From: Escherichia phage vB_Eco_PATM
Strand: one strand, 5' to 3'
Sequence record: OX090893
DNA: 64,000 nt
The position numbers and the translations under genes were made by a program. Below are positions 18,345-25,217 of the stretch, in pieces. The notes under the pieces were generated by a model that was not told the DNA's origin, did not search any database, and saw only the letters and a program-made list of their open reading frames with translations. Position 1 is the first letter of the stretch. Each line of letters opens with the position of its first letter.

Positions 18345-19238
18345 ATGAAAGTTAGTATTCTACATGGTGTTGGCTGTTATGTTACTGATGTAGACGTTAA
18401 AGTCTTTACATTCTCTGGTGGAGAACAACATGTTCAACTAGACACGAATCTATCAGGTTTCAATCATGCTACAGACAGAATCTTACTCTCTTTAGAAGTA
18501 AGATCTGCTAAAGACTTGATGACTTTGGTTATGACTAAGAATGCATTGGACAATATGCTATATCATAAACCATATTGTGTTGATTTGCTCATGTTGTATG
18601 TGCCATATGCACGACAAGACAGAGTGTGTGAACCTGGGGAAGCATTCGGAGTTAAAGCATTTGCTTCTATAATTAATTCATTAAATTTCTCACGTGTTAT
18701 CGTTGCTGATCCACATAGTGATGTTACTCCAGCAGTGTTTGACAGACTCTGTGTAATACCTCAAGAAGAGATTGCTTACGAAACTTTAAAGTGGAAGTTA
18801 CGTATGGAGAATTTTGCTCTTGTTAGTCCTGATGGTGGTGCTCTTAAGAAAATATTTAAATTATCTAAGAAAATGTCTTTAGATGTGTTCTGTGCAGAGA
18901 AGGTTAGAGATACTGCAACAGGTGCTATTGTTCGTACAGACATTTCTGTACAGGATTTCAATAAGCGTAACCTGATGATCGTAGATGATATCTGTGATGG
19001 TGGTAGAACTTTTATTGAGTTGGCTAAAGTGCTACGTGCTCGTAACGCAGGTAAGATTGAGTTATATGTTACACACGGTATCTTTTCTAAAGGTCTTAAA
19101 GAGTTAAGTGAGCACTTTGACTGCATTCATTCTCTTAATGTGTGGGAAGATAACATCCAAGAAGATTCCGGTGTTCTTGTTAAGAATCAGTCAGATTTGC
19201 AACAACAAATTGTATCTCCATACGTGTGGAATTTTTAA
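18345..19238 (+). CDS. Ribose-phosphate pyrophosphokinase (PRPP synthetase)-like enzyme; candidate ADP-ribose pyrophosphate synthetase of an NAD+ reconstitution pathway
   Basis: 297 aa; PRPP-binding loop LMIVDDICDGGRT; directly followed by a NAMPT-like gene. Confidence 0.65.
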   Translation: MKVSILHGVGCYVTDVDVKVFTFSGGEQHVQLDTNLSGFNHATDRILLSLEVRSAKDLMTLVMTKNALDNMLYHKPYCVDLLMLYVPYARQDRVCEPGEAFGVKAFASIINSLNFSRVIVADPHSDVTPAVFDRLCVIPQEEIAYETLKWKLRMENFALVSPDGGALKKIFKLSKKMSLDVFCAEKVRDTATGAIVRTDISVQDFNKRNLMIVDDICDGGRTFIELAKVLRARNAGKIELYVTHGIFSKGLKELSEHFDCIHSLNVWEDNIQEDSGVLVKNQSDLQQQIVSPYVWNF

Positions 19239-19248
19239 ATAATAAGTG

Positions 19249-19277
19249 TTGACAATAGGGAGTATGCTTAGTAAGAT
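19249..19277 (+). promoter_or_regulatory. Sigma70-like promoter (TTGACA-17-TAAGAT)
   Basis: Consensus -35 with 17 nt spacer upstream of the NAMPT-like gene. Confidence 0.5.
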
Positions 19278-19309
19278 ACTCCCACACTAACAAACAAGGA
19301 GACATAACT

Positions 19310-21043
19310 ATGAATATTTTTGCACCTTTTGCTACTGATTGGTATAAACCTGGTCACAAGCAGATGTACAACCAAAATACAAAACTCATTTTCTCTAATT
19401 TAACTCCTCGTAATGATAAAAACTTTGCACACTATGCAGATCGTGAAGCACGTGGTGTGATTGTTTTAGGTATTCGTCGAGCAGTCACTGATGCTCTTGT
19501 AACTATGTGGGACAGCTTCTTTAAAATGTCTCGTAGTGCAGCAGTAAATAAATTTTATCGTATGTCTAAAAATGCATTAGGTGCTTCTGCTCCTTCTGCT
19601 GAATGTTGGGGAGAATTGCACGATTTAGGTTATCTTCCGCTAGAAGTTCGATCTCTGCCAGAAGGTGTTTTGTGTCCTATTGGTGTTCCTGTGTTTACTG
19701 TGCATAATACTTTAGAAAAATTCTTTTGGTTAACTAACTATGTGGAAACACTCTTGTCAGATGAAACTTGGAAGACAATGACTAATGCCACAGCAGCTTT
19801 TCAGTATAAGCGTATCGCTATGGCGTATGCGATGGCAACGTGTGATAACATTGATCACGTTAATTTCCAGTGTCATGACTTTAGCCTACGTGGTTTAAGC
19901 AATATCGAAGATGGTTATAAGAGTGGTATCGCTCATTTGGCATCTTTCACAGGTACAGATAATATTCTGGCTATTGAAACTGTGCATGATTACTATGGTA
20001 TTGATTATGATCAGTTTGTTGCAGGTTCTATTCCGGCAACAGAACATTCAGTAGCAACGACTAACATTGGAGCTATTGTTGAAGATCTAAAGGAACATTT
20101 TCCACGTCTTAAAGCTGATGTAGATTGGCTTCGTTATGTAGCAGAAAAAGAGTTTCTTCGTCGTTATATTGAAGAAATTGTTCCAGAAGGTTTTTGTTCA
20201 TATGTAGCAGATTCTTATGATTACTGGACTGTATTGACTAACATTCTGGTAGAGTTGAAAGATTCCATCATGTCACGAAATGGTCGTCTTGTTATTCGTC
20301 CAGATTCAGGAGATCCGGTTAAAGTTGTTGCAGGATACAATGTTGAATCTTTTGATAACTATGAAGATCTTTTAAATAATGGTATTGCTACAGCCACTGA
20401 AGTAGTACATTTGGCTGATGTTAATAAGTATTACAATGTTCTTCAGGATTGCAGTGTTGCTGATTGTATTGATGAAACTTATGAGATTCCTTATTGTGAA
20501 GCAGTAGGTTCTATTCAAATCCTTTGGGAAGTGTTTGGTGGTACTATCAACCGAAAAGGCTACAAGGTTCTTGATCAGCACATCGGTATGATTTATGGTG
20601 ATTCTATTACTGTTGAACGAGAACACGAGATCTTACGCCGACTGAAGAAGAAAGGTTTTGCAGCTTCCAATATTGTATTTGGTGTTGGTAGTTATACTTA
20701 TCAGTTCAATACACGAGATACTTTTGGTTTTGCTGTTAAAGCAACAGGTAGTATCATCGGTGAACACGAAATTTTGGTAAGTAAAGAGCCTAAAACTGAT
20801 CCTGGTAAACGCTCTGCAAAAGGTTTTATTAAGGTTGTTAAGGATACAAATGGTAAACTTTCTCTTGTGGATAATCTTTCTTTTAAAGATATCCAAGATG
20901 AAGACAATGAGTTAAAAGTTATCTTCAGGGATGGTACGGTTATTACACCACAAGTAGAAGGACGTGATGAAACATTTACTGATATCCGCAACCGTGTTGA
21001 TGTAGAGGTTCTTCGTACTATGGGAACCATCCAGGTTGACTAA
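19310..21043 (+). CDS. nadV: Nicotinamide phosphoribosyltransferase (NAMPT/NadV)-like enzyme; candidate nicotinamide ADP-ribose transferase
   Basis: 577 aa; length and gene pairing with the PRPP-synthetase-like gene fit phage NadV-family enzymes; no single diagnostic motif verified by eye. Confidence 0.6.
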   Translation: MNIFAPFATDWYKPGHKQMYNQNTKLIFSNLTPRNDKNFAHYADREARGVIVLGIRRAVTDALVTMWDSFFKMSRSAAVNKFYRMSKNALGASAPSAECWGELHDLGYLPLEVRSLPEGVLCPIGVPVFTVHNTLEKFFWLTNYVETLLSDETWKTMTNATAAFQYKRIAMAYAMATCDNIDHVNFQCHDFSLRGLSNIEDGYKSGIAHLASFTGTDNILAIETVHDYYGIDYDQFVAGSIPATEHSVATTNIGAIVEDLKEHFPRLKADVDWLRYVAEKEFLRRYIEEIVPEGFCSYVADSYDYWTVLTNILVELKDSIMSRNGRLVIRPDSGDPVKVVAGYNVESFDNYEDLLNNGIATATEVVHLADVNKYYNVLQDCSVADCIDETYEIPYCEAVGSIQILWEVFGGTINRKGYKVLDQHIGMIYGDSITVEREHEILRRLKKKGFAASNIVFGVGSYTYQFNTRDTFGFAVKATGSIIGEHEILVSKEPKTDPGKRSAKGFIKVVKDTNGKLSLVDNLSFKDIQDEDNELKVIFRDGTVITPQVEGRDETFTDIRNRVDVEVLRTMGTIQVD

Positions 21044-21114
21044 ATAAAAACTTCGTGATAAGATTAAGGTAAGGAGAGCCTGCAACTGCCCTGGATGGGC
21101 TTCACGAAGGATTT

Positions 21115-21336
21115 ATGAAACAACATAATTTTTATTTTCGTTGCCGAGCCTGTAACAGACACTTGACTAATCATTCCCGTAGAGACAGGAATGGTAATAT
21201 TCAAGAGTCGGATCTATGCTCGATTTGTACAAGTTTGGCATTCGACGACAGTCCCGAAAGGGTTTATCAACATCAAAGTGTAACTGATCTTCTTCTAAAT
21301 TACACAGCACCAGAGGAGGAATTAGATTTCACATAA
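21115..21336 (+). CDS. Small zinc-ribbon protein (73 aa)
   Basis: CRACNRH ... CSIC pairs; RBS GAAGGA upstream. Confidence 0.4.
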   Translation: MKQHNFYFRCRACNRHLTNHSRRDRNGNIQESDLCSICTSLAFDDSPERVYQHQSVTDLLLNYTAPEEELDFT

Positions 21337-21349
21337 TTAAGGAAACAGT

Positions 21350-21460
21350 ATGTCTACAGAAATTATTTTTGGCTTATCTGTTTTTATTGCTATTGTATCT
21401 TTTGTATGCGGTTATACACTAGGTTACAGATCAAGAAAAAATATTGTAAAAACTAGTTGA
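21350..21460 (+). CDS. Small hydrophobic single-TM peptide (36 aa), not in ORF track
   Basis: Manual translation MSTEIIFGLSVFIAIVSFVCGYTLGYRSRKNIVKTS with RBS AAGGAA 6 nt upstream. Confidence 0.3.
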   Translation: MSTEIIFGLSVFIAIVSFVCGYTLGYRSRKNIVKTS

Positions 21461-21486
21461 CAACATAGCTAGTTATTTGCTAAGAT
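21457..21486 (+). promoter_or_regulatory. Sigma70-like promoter (TTGACA-18-TAAGAT)
   Basis: Hexamers upstream of the 21516 ORF. Confidence 0.45.
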
Positions 21487-21515
21487 AAGCACAAGTTAAA
21501 CAAAAGGAGAAAACT

Positions 21516-21782
21516 ATGACAGAAAATACTTATGGTAAAGAATTGATTGAGAAGCACGTATTGATTGATAATAAAGGTGGAGCAATCTTTCTTTTTGATC
21601 CTGAATCAGTTCTTACTGAAAACGAAAATGGTAGCGTTAGCCTTAAAACAGAAAGTTTGGTAATTGACTTCCTTGCTCTTCTGGATGAAATGGGGCTTCC
21701 TCACGAAGAAGAAGCAGCTATTGCTTTGATTACAGTTCTTCTGGAGAAACGCGAAGCTGGTGAAATGACCCAGTATGCTTAA
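21516..21782 (+). CDS. Hypothetical protein (88 aa)
   Basis: ORF with RBS AAGGAG; ends immediately before the first tRNA. Confidence 0.45.
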   Translation: MTENTYGKELIEKHVLIDNKGGAIFLFDPESVLTENENGSVSLKTESLVIDFLALLDEMGLPHEEEAAIALITVLLEKREAGEMTQYA

Positions 21783-21789
21783 TATTCAA

Positions 21790-21865
21790 GGTTCCATAGC
21801 TCACTGACGAGAGCGCACACCTCATAAGTGTCGAGGGCAGGGATTGTAACCCTGGGGAACCACCA
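21790..21865 (+). tRNA. tRNA, anticodon CAT (Met/Ile2-type), atypical T-loop
   Basis: Hand-folded cloverleaf: acceptor GGTTCCA/GGGAACC, D-stem GCTC/GAGC, anticodon loop CTCATAA, encoded CCA; T-loop ATTGTAA is non-canonical. Confidence 0.55.
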
Positions 21866-21896
21866 TTTAAAAGGAGGTGCTATGCATCTCCTATAT

Positions 21897-21982
21897 GCAA
21901 GTGTGGTGGAATTGGTGATACACATTGTGCTTAAAACGCAACGCTTAAATGCTTGAGGGTTCGAATCCCTCCACTTGCACCA
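21897..21982 (+). tRNA. tRNA-Leu (anticodon TAA)
   Basis: Acceptor GCAAGTG/CACTTGC, anticodon loop CTTAAAA, long variable arm, T-arm GAGGGTTCGAATCCCTC, encoded ACCA. Confidence 0.75.
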
Positions 21983-21984
21983 AC

Positions 21985-22090
21985 GCCTAGTAGGGTATTT
22001 GGTAATTCCGAGGCCATCAAAGCCTGAAAAATATGTTAGACCACTTTGTCTAACTAAATACGAAATATGGTTCGATTCCATAACTAGGCT
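21985..22090 (+). tRNA. Atypical tRNA-like element (106 nt; perfect acceptor and T-arm but about 30 nt extra internal sequence)
   Basis: Acceptor GCCTAGT/ACTAGGC and T-arm TATGG-TTCGATT-CCATA are canonical, but the interior has a 7-bp hairpin GTTAGAC-N6-GTCTAAC and no clean anticodon arm; no encoded CCA. Confidence 0.35.
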
Positions 22091-22124
22091 TCAATTTAAA
22101 TAATAATTTTTTAGTAAAAATATC

Positions 22125-22153
22125 TTGACATTTACTTAGTTTTTTGTTATAGT
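22125..22153 (+). promoter_or_regulatory. Sigma70-like promoter (TTGACA-17-TATAGT)
   Basis: Near-consensus hexamers 11 nt upstream of the next tRNA-like gene. Confidence 0.55.
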
Positions 22154-22164
22154 TACTGTGAAAA

Positions 22165-22246
22165 CGGGGTGTATCTCACCTGACTTCTAATCAGGCGTTA
22201 ACCGAGTAATTGGAGTATGCAGGTTCGAATCCTGTCACCCCGACCA
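22165..22246 (+). tRNA. Atypical tRNA-like gene, anticodon loop CTTCTAA (TCT, Arg-like); D-arm not foldable by eye
   Basis: Acceptor CGGGGTG/CACCCCG, perfect anticodon arm CCTGA-CTTCTAA-TCAGG, T-arm GCAGG-TTCGAAT-CCTGT, encoded CCA; only 7 nt between acceptor and anticodon stem, 23 nt variable region. Confidence 0.4.
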
Positions 22247-22310
22247 AAAAAGTTTTAAAAACTACTTGACAAGCAAGATAGTTTTATGTTAGATTTAAAG
22301 TATGATAACG

Positions 22311-22400
22311 GGAAGGTAGGGCGCAGCGGTGCGCAACCAGGTTTGAACCCTGGCCCATTGTAGCGATACGGTGATGGTTCGACTCCATTATCTTCCTCCA
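22311..22400 (+). tRNA. tRNA-Ser (anticodon TGA)
   Basis: Acceptor GGAAGGT/ATCTTCC, anticodon arm CCAGG-TTTGAAC-CCTGG, long variable arm, encoded CCA. Confidence 0.75.
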
Positions 22401-22418
22401 AATTCGCTTAGGAGCTTT

Positions 22419-22571
22419 ATGAATTATAAAACTATTGGACAGGTTGTTACCGGAGTTAAGATTGTAAATAATAAAGTTGTTTATGAGTATTCTAATCTTC
22501 AACAATCTGAAGATGGTAAGAATATTCGTATGGTAAAATCAGAACAAAAAGATTCCGGTTGTTTTGAATAA
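22419..22571 (+). CDS. Small hypothetical protein (50 aa) between tRNA genes
   Basis: ATG at 22419 preceded by RBS AGGAG; the longer ORF-track version starts inside the tRNA. Confidence 0.3.
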   Translation: MNYKTIGQVVTGVKIVNNKVVYEYSNLQQSEDGKNIRMVKSEQKDSGCFE

Positions 22572-22579
22572 TTAAGAAC

Positions 22580-22665
22580 GGTAGATTGGTGAAATGGTAG
22601 CCACAACAGTTTGCTAAACTGTCGTCGGAAACGGCGTGTAGGTTCAAGTCCTACATCTACCGCCA
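22580..22665 (+). tRNA. tRNA-Ser (anticodon GCT)
   Basis: Acceptor GGTAGAT/ATCTACC, anticodon arm ACAGT-TTGCTAA-ACTGT, long variable arm, T-arm GTAGG-TTCAAGT-CCTAC, encoded CCA. Confidence 0.75.
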
Positions 22666-22715
22666 AGTTATCTTTAATGTAGCTTGTTGCTCTTAGTTGC
22701 TTGGTGTAACTTTTT

Positions 22716-22790
22716 GGAAGGATGGCTGCAACCATCTTACTTTAATAGAGTAAACTTTCGGCAGATGGCCCCCACCATCTTACCGATACC
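22716..22790 (+). repeat. Two related hairpins sharing CCATCTTAC (GGATGG-CTGCAA-CCATCTTAC and AGATGG-CCCCCA-CCATCTTAC)
   Basis: Seen directly in the inter-tRNA spacer; function unknown. Confidence 0.4.
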
Positions 22791-22835
22791 TCATAGTTAG
22801 TGGTGCGAACACTGGCTATTTTAAAGATAATTTAT

Positions 22836-22911
22836 ACATCGTTAGCTTAGTTGGTAGAGCAAGGGGCTTTTAACTCCAAGGTCGAAGGTTCGAATCCTTC
22901 ACGATGTACCA
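22836..22911 (+). tRNA. tRNA-Lys (anticodon TTT)
   Basis: Acceptor ACATCGT/ACGATGT, D-loop AGTTGGTA, anticodon loop CTTTTAA, T-arm GAAGG-TTCGAAT-CCTTC, encoded CCA. Confidence 0.7.
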
Positions 22912-22916
22912 AACAC

Positions 22917-23003
22917 GTAGGTATCGCATAGCGGCAATTGCTGGAGACTGTAAATCTCCTGCCCTTCGGGGCTTCGTTGGTTCGAGTCCAACTACCTGCA
23001 CCA
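22917..23003 (+). tRNA. tRNA-Tyr (anticodon GTA)
   Basis: Acceptor GTAGGTA/TACCTGC, anticodon arm GGAGA-CTGTAAA-TCTCC, long variable arm, encoded CCA. Confidence 0.7.
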
Positions 23004-23010
23004 AATTAAA

Positions 23011-23095
23011 GATGGATTGGCCTAGTGGTTGGGCGACGGACTGTTAATCCGTGAACGAAAGTTCTAGCAAGGTTCAAATCCTTGATCCATCGCCA
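23011..23095 (+). tRNA. tRNA with anticodon GTT (Asn) and an unusually long hairpin variable arm
   Basis: Acceptor GATGGAT/ATCCATC, anticodon arm ACGGA-CTGTTAA-TCCGT, variable hairpin GAAC-GAAA-GTTC, T-arm CAAGG-TTCAAAT-CCTTG, encoded CCA. Confidence 0.5.
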
Positions 23096-23099
23096 AATA

Positions 23100-23167
23100 G
23101 TGCTTGTAGAGTTAATAGAAACCTCTAGAATTTTCTAGAATTGTAGGTATCAAATCCTACCAAGCAA
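23100..23167 (+). pseudogene. Degenerate tRNA-like element (anticodon arm replaced by the palindrome TCTAGAATTTTCTAGA)
   Basis: Acceptor-like TGCTTG/CAAGCA, D-stem AGAG/CTCT and a T-arm-like GTAGG-TATCAAAT-CCTAC, but the central hairpin has a 4-nt loop and no anticodon loop; no CCA. Confidence 0.3.
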
Positions 23168-23174
23168 ATATTTT

Positions 23175-23249
23175 GCTCCTATCGTATAACGGCTATTACG
23201 GTTGCCTTGTAAGCAACTTATCAGGGTTCGAGTCCTTGTGGGAGCACCA
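23175..23249 (+). tRNA. tRNA-Thr (anticodon TGT)
   Basis: Acceptor GCTCCTA/TGGGAGC, anticodon arm GTTGC-CTTGTAA-GCAAC, T-arm CAGGG-TTCGAGT-CCTTG, encoded CCA. Confidence 0.7.
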
Positions 23250-23270
23250 ATTTAACTCTAAAGGAGTGTA

Positions 23271-23595
23271 TGTGACAGAAAAAGAGTTAGAGAAATATTT
23301 TAATATCAATGTTTTCGATGGTTTTGATGATATTGAAGATGTTGAAAGATATTATGAAGTAGAGTTAGATAAGGATAACATTGTAATTCTTTCTGCCACT
23401 TATGATTGTGCATATTATGAAGGTGAATCTCACGTTTATTTTTATGATATGAAAACATCTTTGTTTTATGAAGTACACGCATATCATTGTTCTTGTTATG
23501 GTTTAGAAGGTCAGTGGGAACCTGAAGAAATAGGTGATTTGGACTTTACTATTGCATATCTAAACAGACGTGGTGCATCTACTATTTTAAAATAA
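23271..23595 (+). CDS. Hypothetical protein (about 108 aa) inside the tRNA island; probable GTG start
   Basis: RBS AAGGAG then GTG at 23271; the longer ORF-track version starts inside tRNA-Thr. Confidence 0.4.
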
Positions 23596-23609
23596 ATATC
23601 AAAAGCCTC

Positions 23610-23639
23610 TTGACAAAGGGGCTAATAATATGTTAGAGT
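23610..23639 (+). promoter_or_regulatory. Sigma70-like promoter (TTGACA-18-TAGAGT)
   Basis: Hexamers upstream of tRNA-Gly. Confidence 0.45.
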
Positions 23640-23650
23640 AATATTGTTAA

Positions 23651-23725
23651 GCGGGTATAGTGTTAATGGTAGCATATGAGGTTTCCACCCTCCAGGTGCA
23701 GGTTCAAGTCCTGTTACTCGCTCCA
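23651..23725 (+). tRNA. tRNA-Gly (anticodon TCC)
   Basis: Acceptor GCGGGTA/TACTCGC, anticodon loop TTTCCAC, T-arm GCAGG-TTCAAGT-CCTGT, encoded CCA. Confidence 0.7.
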
Positions 23726-23824
23726 AGATTATTTAAATGGAATCGCTAGAGAAAATTTCTCTTTTCGCTCATGGTTTTCTCCTTCAAACTCTAGCGGTTC
23801 TTTTTAAGTGATTTTTAGTTTTAT

Positions 23825-23899
23825 TGGAGATTAGCCTAGTGGGAAGGCAACGGCCTTTGAAGTCGTGATGACTAGGTTCGATTCCTAGATCTCCAGCCA
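23825..23899 (+). tRNA. tRNA-Gln (anticodon TTG)
   Basis: Acceptor TGGAGAT/ATCTCCA, anticodon arm ACGGC-CTTTGAA-GTCGT, T-arm CTAGG-TTCGATT-CCTAG, encoded CCA. Confidence 0.7.
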
Positions 23900-23941
23900 A
23901 TTAATTGCATAGCATGAGTATTTCTCATTGGTTAAAAGGAG

Positions 23942-24307
23942 ATGCAAGTGAATTGTGAACATTGTGGTAGTGAGTTTACTTTGATAAAAGGTCATGGTGG
24001 ACAAAACAGATCATACTGTTACACTTGTATTCCAGAAGGTTTAGATAAACAAGTACGCACAAGATTACATCAAGAGCTTAGAAGAGAGCGATCTCATAAG
24101 ATGAAACTTGATTTAGGTTGCAAAGTGTGTGGTTATGCTAAATGTGCAGTAGCACTAGAATGGCATCACCCAGAGGACGATAAGAAACACGATCCATCAA
24201 ATGCAATCAAAAGATCTTGGTCTGCTTACTTAGAAGAGACTGAAAAGTGTATCTTACTGTGTGCCAATTGTCATAGAGAAGTACATGCTGGTCTTATACA
24301 GGTTTAA
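23942..24307 (+). CDS. HNH homing-endonuclease-like protein embedded in the tRNA cluster
   Basis: 121 aa; N-terminal CEHCG zinc finger; HNH core LEWHHPEDDKKHDPSNAIKR ... LLCANCHREVH; RBS AAAGGAG upstream; stop abuts tRNA-Pro. Confidence 0.75.
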   Translation: MQVNCEHCGSEFTLIKGHGGQNRSYCYTCIPEGLDKQVRTRLHQELRRERSHKMKLDLGCKVCGYAKCAVALEWHHPEDDKKHDPSNAIKRSWSAYLEETEKCILLCANCHREVHAGLIQV

Positions 24308-24308
24308 T

Positions 24309-24384
24309 CAGTGCGTAGCGCAGTTGGTAGCGTGGGAGCCTTGGACGCTTCAGGTCGCAGGTTCGAGTCCTGCCGCACTGACCA
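24309..24384 (+). tRNA. tRNA-Pro (anticodon TGG)
   Basis: Acceptor CAGTGCG/CGCACTG, D-arm GCGC-AGTTGGTA-GCGT, anticodon arm GGAGC-CTTGGAC-GCTTC, T-arm GCAGG-TTCGAGT-CCTGC, encoded CCA. Confidence 0.75.
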
Positions 24385-24389
24385 AATTT

Positions 24390-24464
24390 GCAGAGATAGC
24401 TGAGACGGATTAGTGCTACCCTGAAAAGGTAGAAAGGATGGATCGTTACCATCTCTCTGCACCA
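24390..24464 (+). tRNA. tRNA-Phe (anticodon GAA), atypical T-loop
   Basis: Acceptor GCAGAGA/TCTCTGC, anticodon arm CTACC-CTGAAAA-GGTAG, T-arm GATGG-ATCGTTA-CCATC, encoded CCA. Confidence 0.6.
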
Positions 24465-24541
24465 AATAACACCATCCAAGGAGTAGACTTGGTTAACTGT
24501 CAATAGCACATTGAGGCTTCTTACAGTGGTGTACTTATTAT

Positions 24542-24626
24542 GGCTAAGTGGTGGAATGGTATACACGATACGCTTAGAACGTATTGCCCCAGGGGATTGT
24601 GAGTTCGAGTCTCACCTTAGCTACCA
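24542..24626 (+). tRNA. tRNA-Leu (anticodon TAG)
   Basis: Acceptor GGCTAAG/CTTAGCT, anticodon arm ATACG-CTTAGAA-CGTAT, variable hairpin CCCC-A-GGGG, T-arm GTGAG-TTCGAGT-CTCAC, encoded CCA. Confidence 0.75.
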
Positions 24627-24714
24627 TATCTAAGAGATATCATAGGGTTTGCAACGGATATCCACCGTCCTATTAAGGATACCACGCCAAGACGGGTTGT
24701 AAAGGGTTAGCCAT

Positions 24715-24790
24715 TGATAGTGTGAAGCTGGCGTTTCGAGTGCTTTCATAAGGCATTGCGAGAAGAGTTCGATTCTCTTACTATCAACCA
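24715..24790 (+). tRNA. tRNA with anticodon CAT (Met/Ile2-type)
   Basis: Acceptor TGATAGT/ACTATCA, anticodon arm GTGCT-TTCATAA-GGCAT with wobble pairs, T-arm AAGAG-TTCGATT-CTCTT, encoded CCA. Confidence 0.55.
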
Positions 24791-24805
24791 AATTATTACA
24801 GATTG

Positions 24806-24884
24806 TGCGGGATAGAGGAGTCTGGTCGTCCTCGCCAGTTTCATATGCTGGAGATCATCGGTTCGAATCCGATTCCCGCCTCCA
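24806..24884 (+). tRNA. tRNA with anticodon CAT and unpaired 1:72 position (initiator-like)
   Basis: Acceptor TGCGGGA/TCCCGCC with mismatch at the first pair, D-arm GAGG/CCTC, anticodon arm CCAGT-TTCATAT-GCTGG, T-arm ATCGG-TTCGAAT-CCGAT, encoded CCA. Confidence 0.5.
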
Positions 24885-24942
24885 ATAAATACCTCCCTTC
24901 TGGTGTAATGATTAAGTTACATTGACACTTCAAGGAACTCAT

Positions 24943-25025
24943 AGCCGGGTAGATTTAAAAGAGTATGGTACTCAATATGGCTCCAAACCATAGATCAGGG
25001 GGTTCGATTCCTCACCTTGCTGCCA
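24943..25025 (+). tRNA. tRNA-Trp-like (anticodon CCA), irregular acceptor/D region
   Basis: Clear anticodon arm TATGG-CTCCAAA-CCATA and T-arm GGGGG-TTCGATT-CCTCA with encoded CCA; 5' acceptor only pairs 6 of 7 and D-region is long; start coordinate approximate. Confidence 0.4.
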
Positions 25026-25030
25026 ATTAT

Positions 25031-25106
25031 TGTGGTATCGTACAGATGGTTAGTACACTCGACCGATAATCGAGAAACAACGGTTCGACTCCGTTTACCA
25101 CGACCA
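25031..25106 (+). tRNA. tRNA-Ile (anticodon GAT)
   Basis: Acceptor TGTGGTA/TACCACG, anticodon arm CTCGA-CCGATAA-TCGAG, T-arm AACGG-TTCGACT-CCGTT, encoded CCA. Confidence 0.6.
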
Positions 25107-25217
25107 AACTCCGTGCCAGCGGTGTCTTCGAAGAACAAGCCTAGTTCCTTCTGAGATGGAGGGGTGCGACTCCTTAACGCACAACATACTACTACTAAAT
25201 ACTTATCAGGAGATATC

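Noticed and set aside
24627-24714. 88 nt spacer between tRNA-Leu(TAG) and the next CAT tRNA, checked for another tRNA
   Set aside because: No T-arm, acceptor pairing or CCA could be folded; it has a GATATC ... GATATC repeat but no tRNA features.
25107-25217. T-arm-like hairpin GGAG-GGGTGCGA-CTCC after tRNA-Ile
   Set aside because: 8-nt loop, no matching acceptor stem and no CCA; treated as leader sequence of the downstream ORF.
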